Positions 62,129-64,000 of a stretch of DNA of 64,000 nt are shown here, piece after piece. Below the pieces are notes generated by a model. The model saw nothing but the letters and a program-made list of their open reading frames with translations, was not told where the DNA came from and did no database searches. The position numbers and the translations under genes were made by a program. This DNA comes from Tubulanus polymorphus (lineage: Eukaryota; Animalia; Nemertea), in assembly GCF_964204645.1 (NCBI RefSeq), contig NC_134027.1, positions 9,332,485-9,396,484 on the forward strand. The letters are read 5' to 3'. How positions within the stretch are numbered: position 1 is the stretch's first letter; each line of letters opens with the position of its first letter.

Positions 62129-64000
62129 CACGGCAGGTTCAATCTCGTATCTGATGCTAAAATATTACTGACTTTCCTGACTAGATACACTGATCAGTGA
62201 ATAATTGTAATTTTGGAAGAAGAGCCTGTGAGAGGGGTTCCAGATGAAAGTGCAGTCGTTGCATGGTAAAACCCTGCGAGTATTAAGGACCCATAGCACG
62301 TCAAGCGGATTTGTGTATTTGTTGCATACCCTGGACCTTCTTGTGTGTTTTATGGGAACTACTAAACAAGAGAAAAACCAATCAAATGATGGCCGACTCC
62401 ATATTTTTGTGCAGTTACCGGTACCTTATCATTCGATTGTTGATTTGACTAATGTAAGAAATGAAATAGAAAATTATAGGATTTCAATTACTTAAGAAAT
62501 CTTCTGGAATTGTAAATTTAAGTGCGACCATTTCTAAATCTTATGTTGATTATGCTTTCTTTGTGAATTTATGGATCTTTGTGAATTATTAATGAGCCAT
62601 CTTCTACGATCATTACTCTTCATCTACAATGTGTATTTGCCAAATTGTAAATCAAAAAGCAAAAAATATTTTACCGAAGTTTGAGAATGTCTCCTTGATT
62701 GTATTAAGCATTTAATGAAAAATGTAATAAAGGATCCAGCTGTGGGTTTATTCGGCGGGGTTCAGATTAAGTTTAGTTTTGAATATAAATTCATAATGCT
62801 AGAAATTTGCTAAAAATTAACACATATTCTCATTCACACTACCTTTCTCGATATCATTCTGTACTTATTATGTATGAAATCACTTCTTGGCCTACTTAGC
62901 ACTTTAGTCTGATCGGGATATTGCATTGCATTCACTTTCTTTCATTCATCATCCGCCCAAAAATCGAAAACAGTTATTGGACATTTTGAAGACAGTTAGA
63001 TGGATTTTCTACACTTTCTACTTTAAACGTGTATCTACCTTTGACACATCTGCATCCTTGAATCAATTCAAGATGGCTGATTGGCAGCCATTGCTCAATG
63101 AAATCTGTTATTGGTTTCTGTATATGTTGACCATTAGGTTTTGAATATTGGAATTATCAGATGGTCAAGCATTTCACCTAGTGGGAATTATGTCCTGGAC
63201 TCCTAGTTTAATCTACTACCTTGTATAAGCCCATCGTAAAATGTTGTCAATGACCATTCTTCCTAACCTACGCTATTTCATGAGCTAGTAGTCGGATAAC
63301 AACAATCAAAACTGAACACCAGTCAATTTTACTTTTTAGCATGTCTGGTCACATAAAGGCTGGTGTAATCAAAATCCACAGGGATTGAAGTGAACTAAGT
63401 CAAATAAGCAAAACCAAAAACTAAGACCTAAAAACCTAAGACTTGAGGAATTTTGATTCATTAAGAACGTAGGATTTTGACAGGAAGGTCCTACTTATTG
63501 CTTGCGTATGTACTTTATGAACAGTCCCTTACACTGGACATCAGTATCGTTTGAAGATCTAGCATAGGAACCAGTACAGGAATATTTACCTTTATGATAG
63601 GATCCGGTATACATGATTCTCGAAGACACTGTCAAGGGTATACTTAGTTGCCATATTAATTATTGTAATATTATAATATATATGTAAATGACGATGTTTG
63701 ATAAATAATAAATGGTTTCAATATATATTTTTTCACTTCAAATTCCTTTTTTGTCCGAAGCTTCAGTTGAACTTAGTATATGAGATGGTAAGCAGCAATC
63801 CTAAATCTCACTCACTTGTGTTATATACCTAGTACCATAGAACTCAAATCAATTTGATTTGAGTTCTATGCTAGTACCTAGCAGAAAGGGATCATTCATT
63901 TATTACGTATGCATAAAATTTGACATTTTCAACCTCTCTACGCAAAATCGGCCATTTTTTCATATACATAAAGCATTGCATTAAGCAATTGCACTGACCC

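Noticed and set aside
1-64000. CRISPR arrays, operons, rRNA/tRNA genes, autonomous transposase or RT ORFs
   Set aside because: The sequence is eukaryotic with spliceosomal introns; no repeat-spacer arrays, RNA genes or long transposon ORFs were seen.

Overview
AT-rich (roughly 35-37% GC by eye), intron-containing DNA from a compact animal genome, most likely an invertebrate bilaterian (species not determinable here). Seven complete spliced genes were assembled by hand from GT-AG junctions with consistent phases: (1,2) a head-to-head pair of secreted, histidine-rich proteins that each carry a degenerate Cu/Zn-SOD fold (1666-3885 minus; 5015-7689 plus); (3) UBE2N/Ubc13-like E2 (minus); (4) an SH3 + Ser/Pro-repeat + FAM107 (DUF1151) gene (minus), head-to-head with (5) an SLC7 L-type amino-acid transporter light chain (plus) that has tandem, apparently mutually exclusive exons 8a/8b; (6) rhophilin (minus), head-to-head with (7) RAB5IF/C20orf24 (plus). 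Non-coding DNA holds several MITE families, a foldback element interrupted by a MITE, and microsatellites. The strongest novelty candidate is the SOD-fold pair: the plus-strand gene keeps three SOD1 intron positions and the disulfide cysteines but appears to have lost all Cu/Zn ligands, while gaining a furin-preceded ~48% His domain. No database searches were run; family calls rest on recalled motifs and gene models are not transcript-verified.
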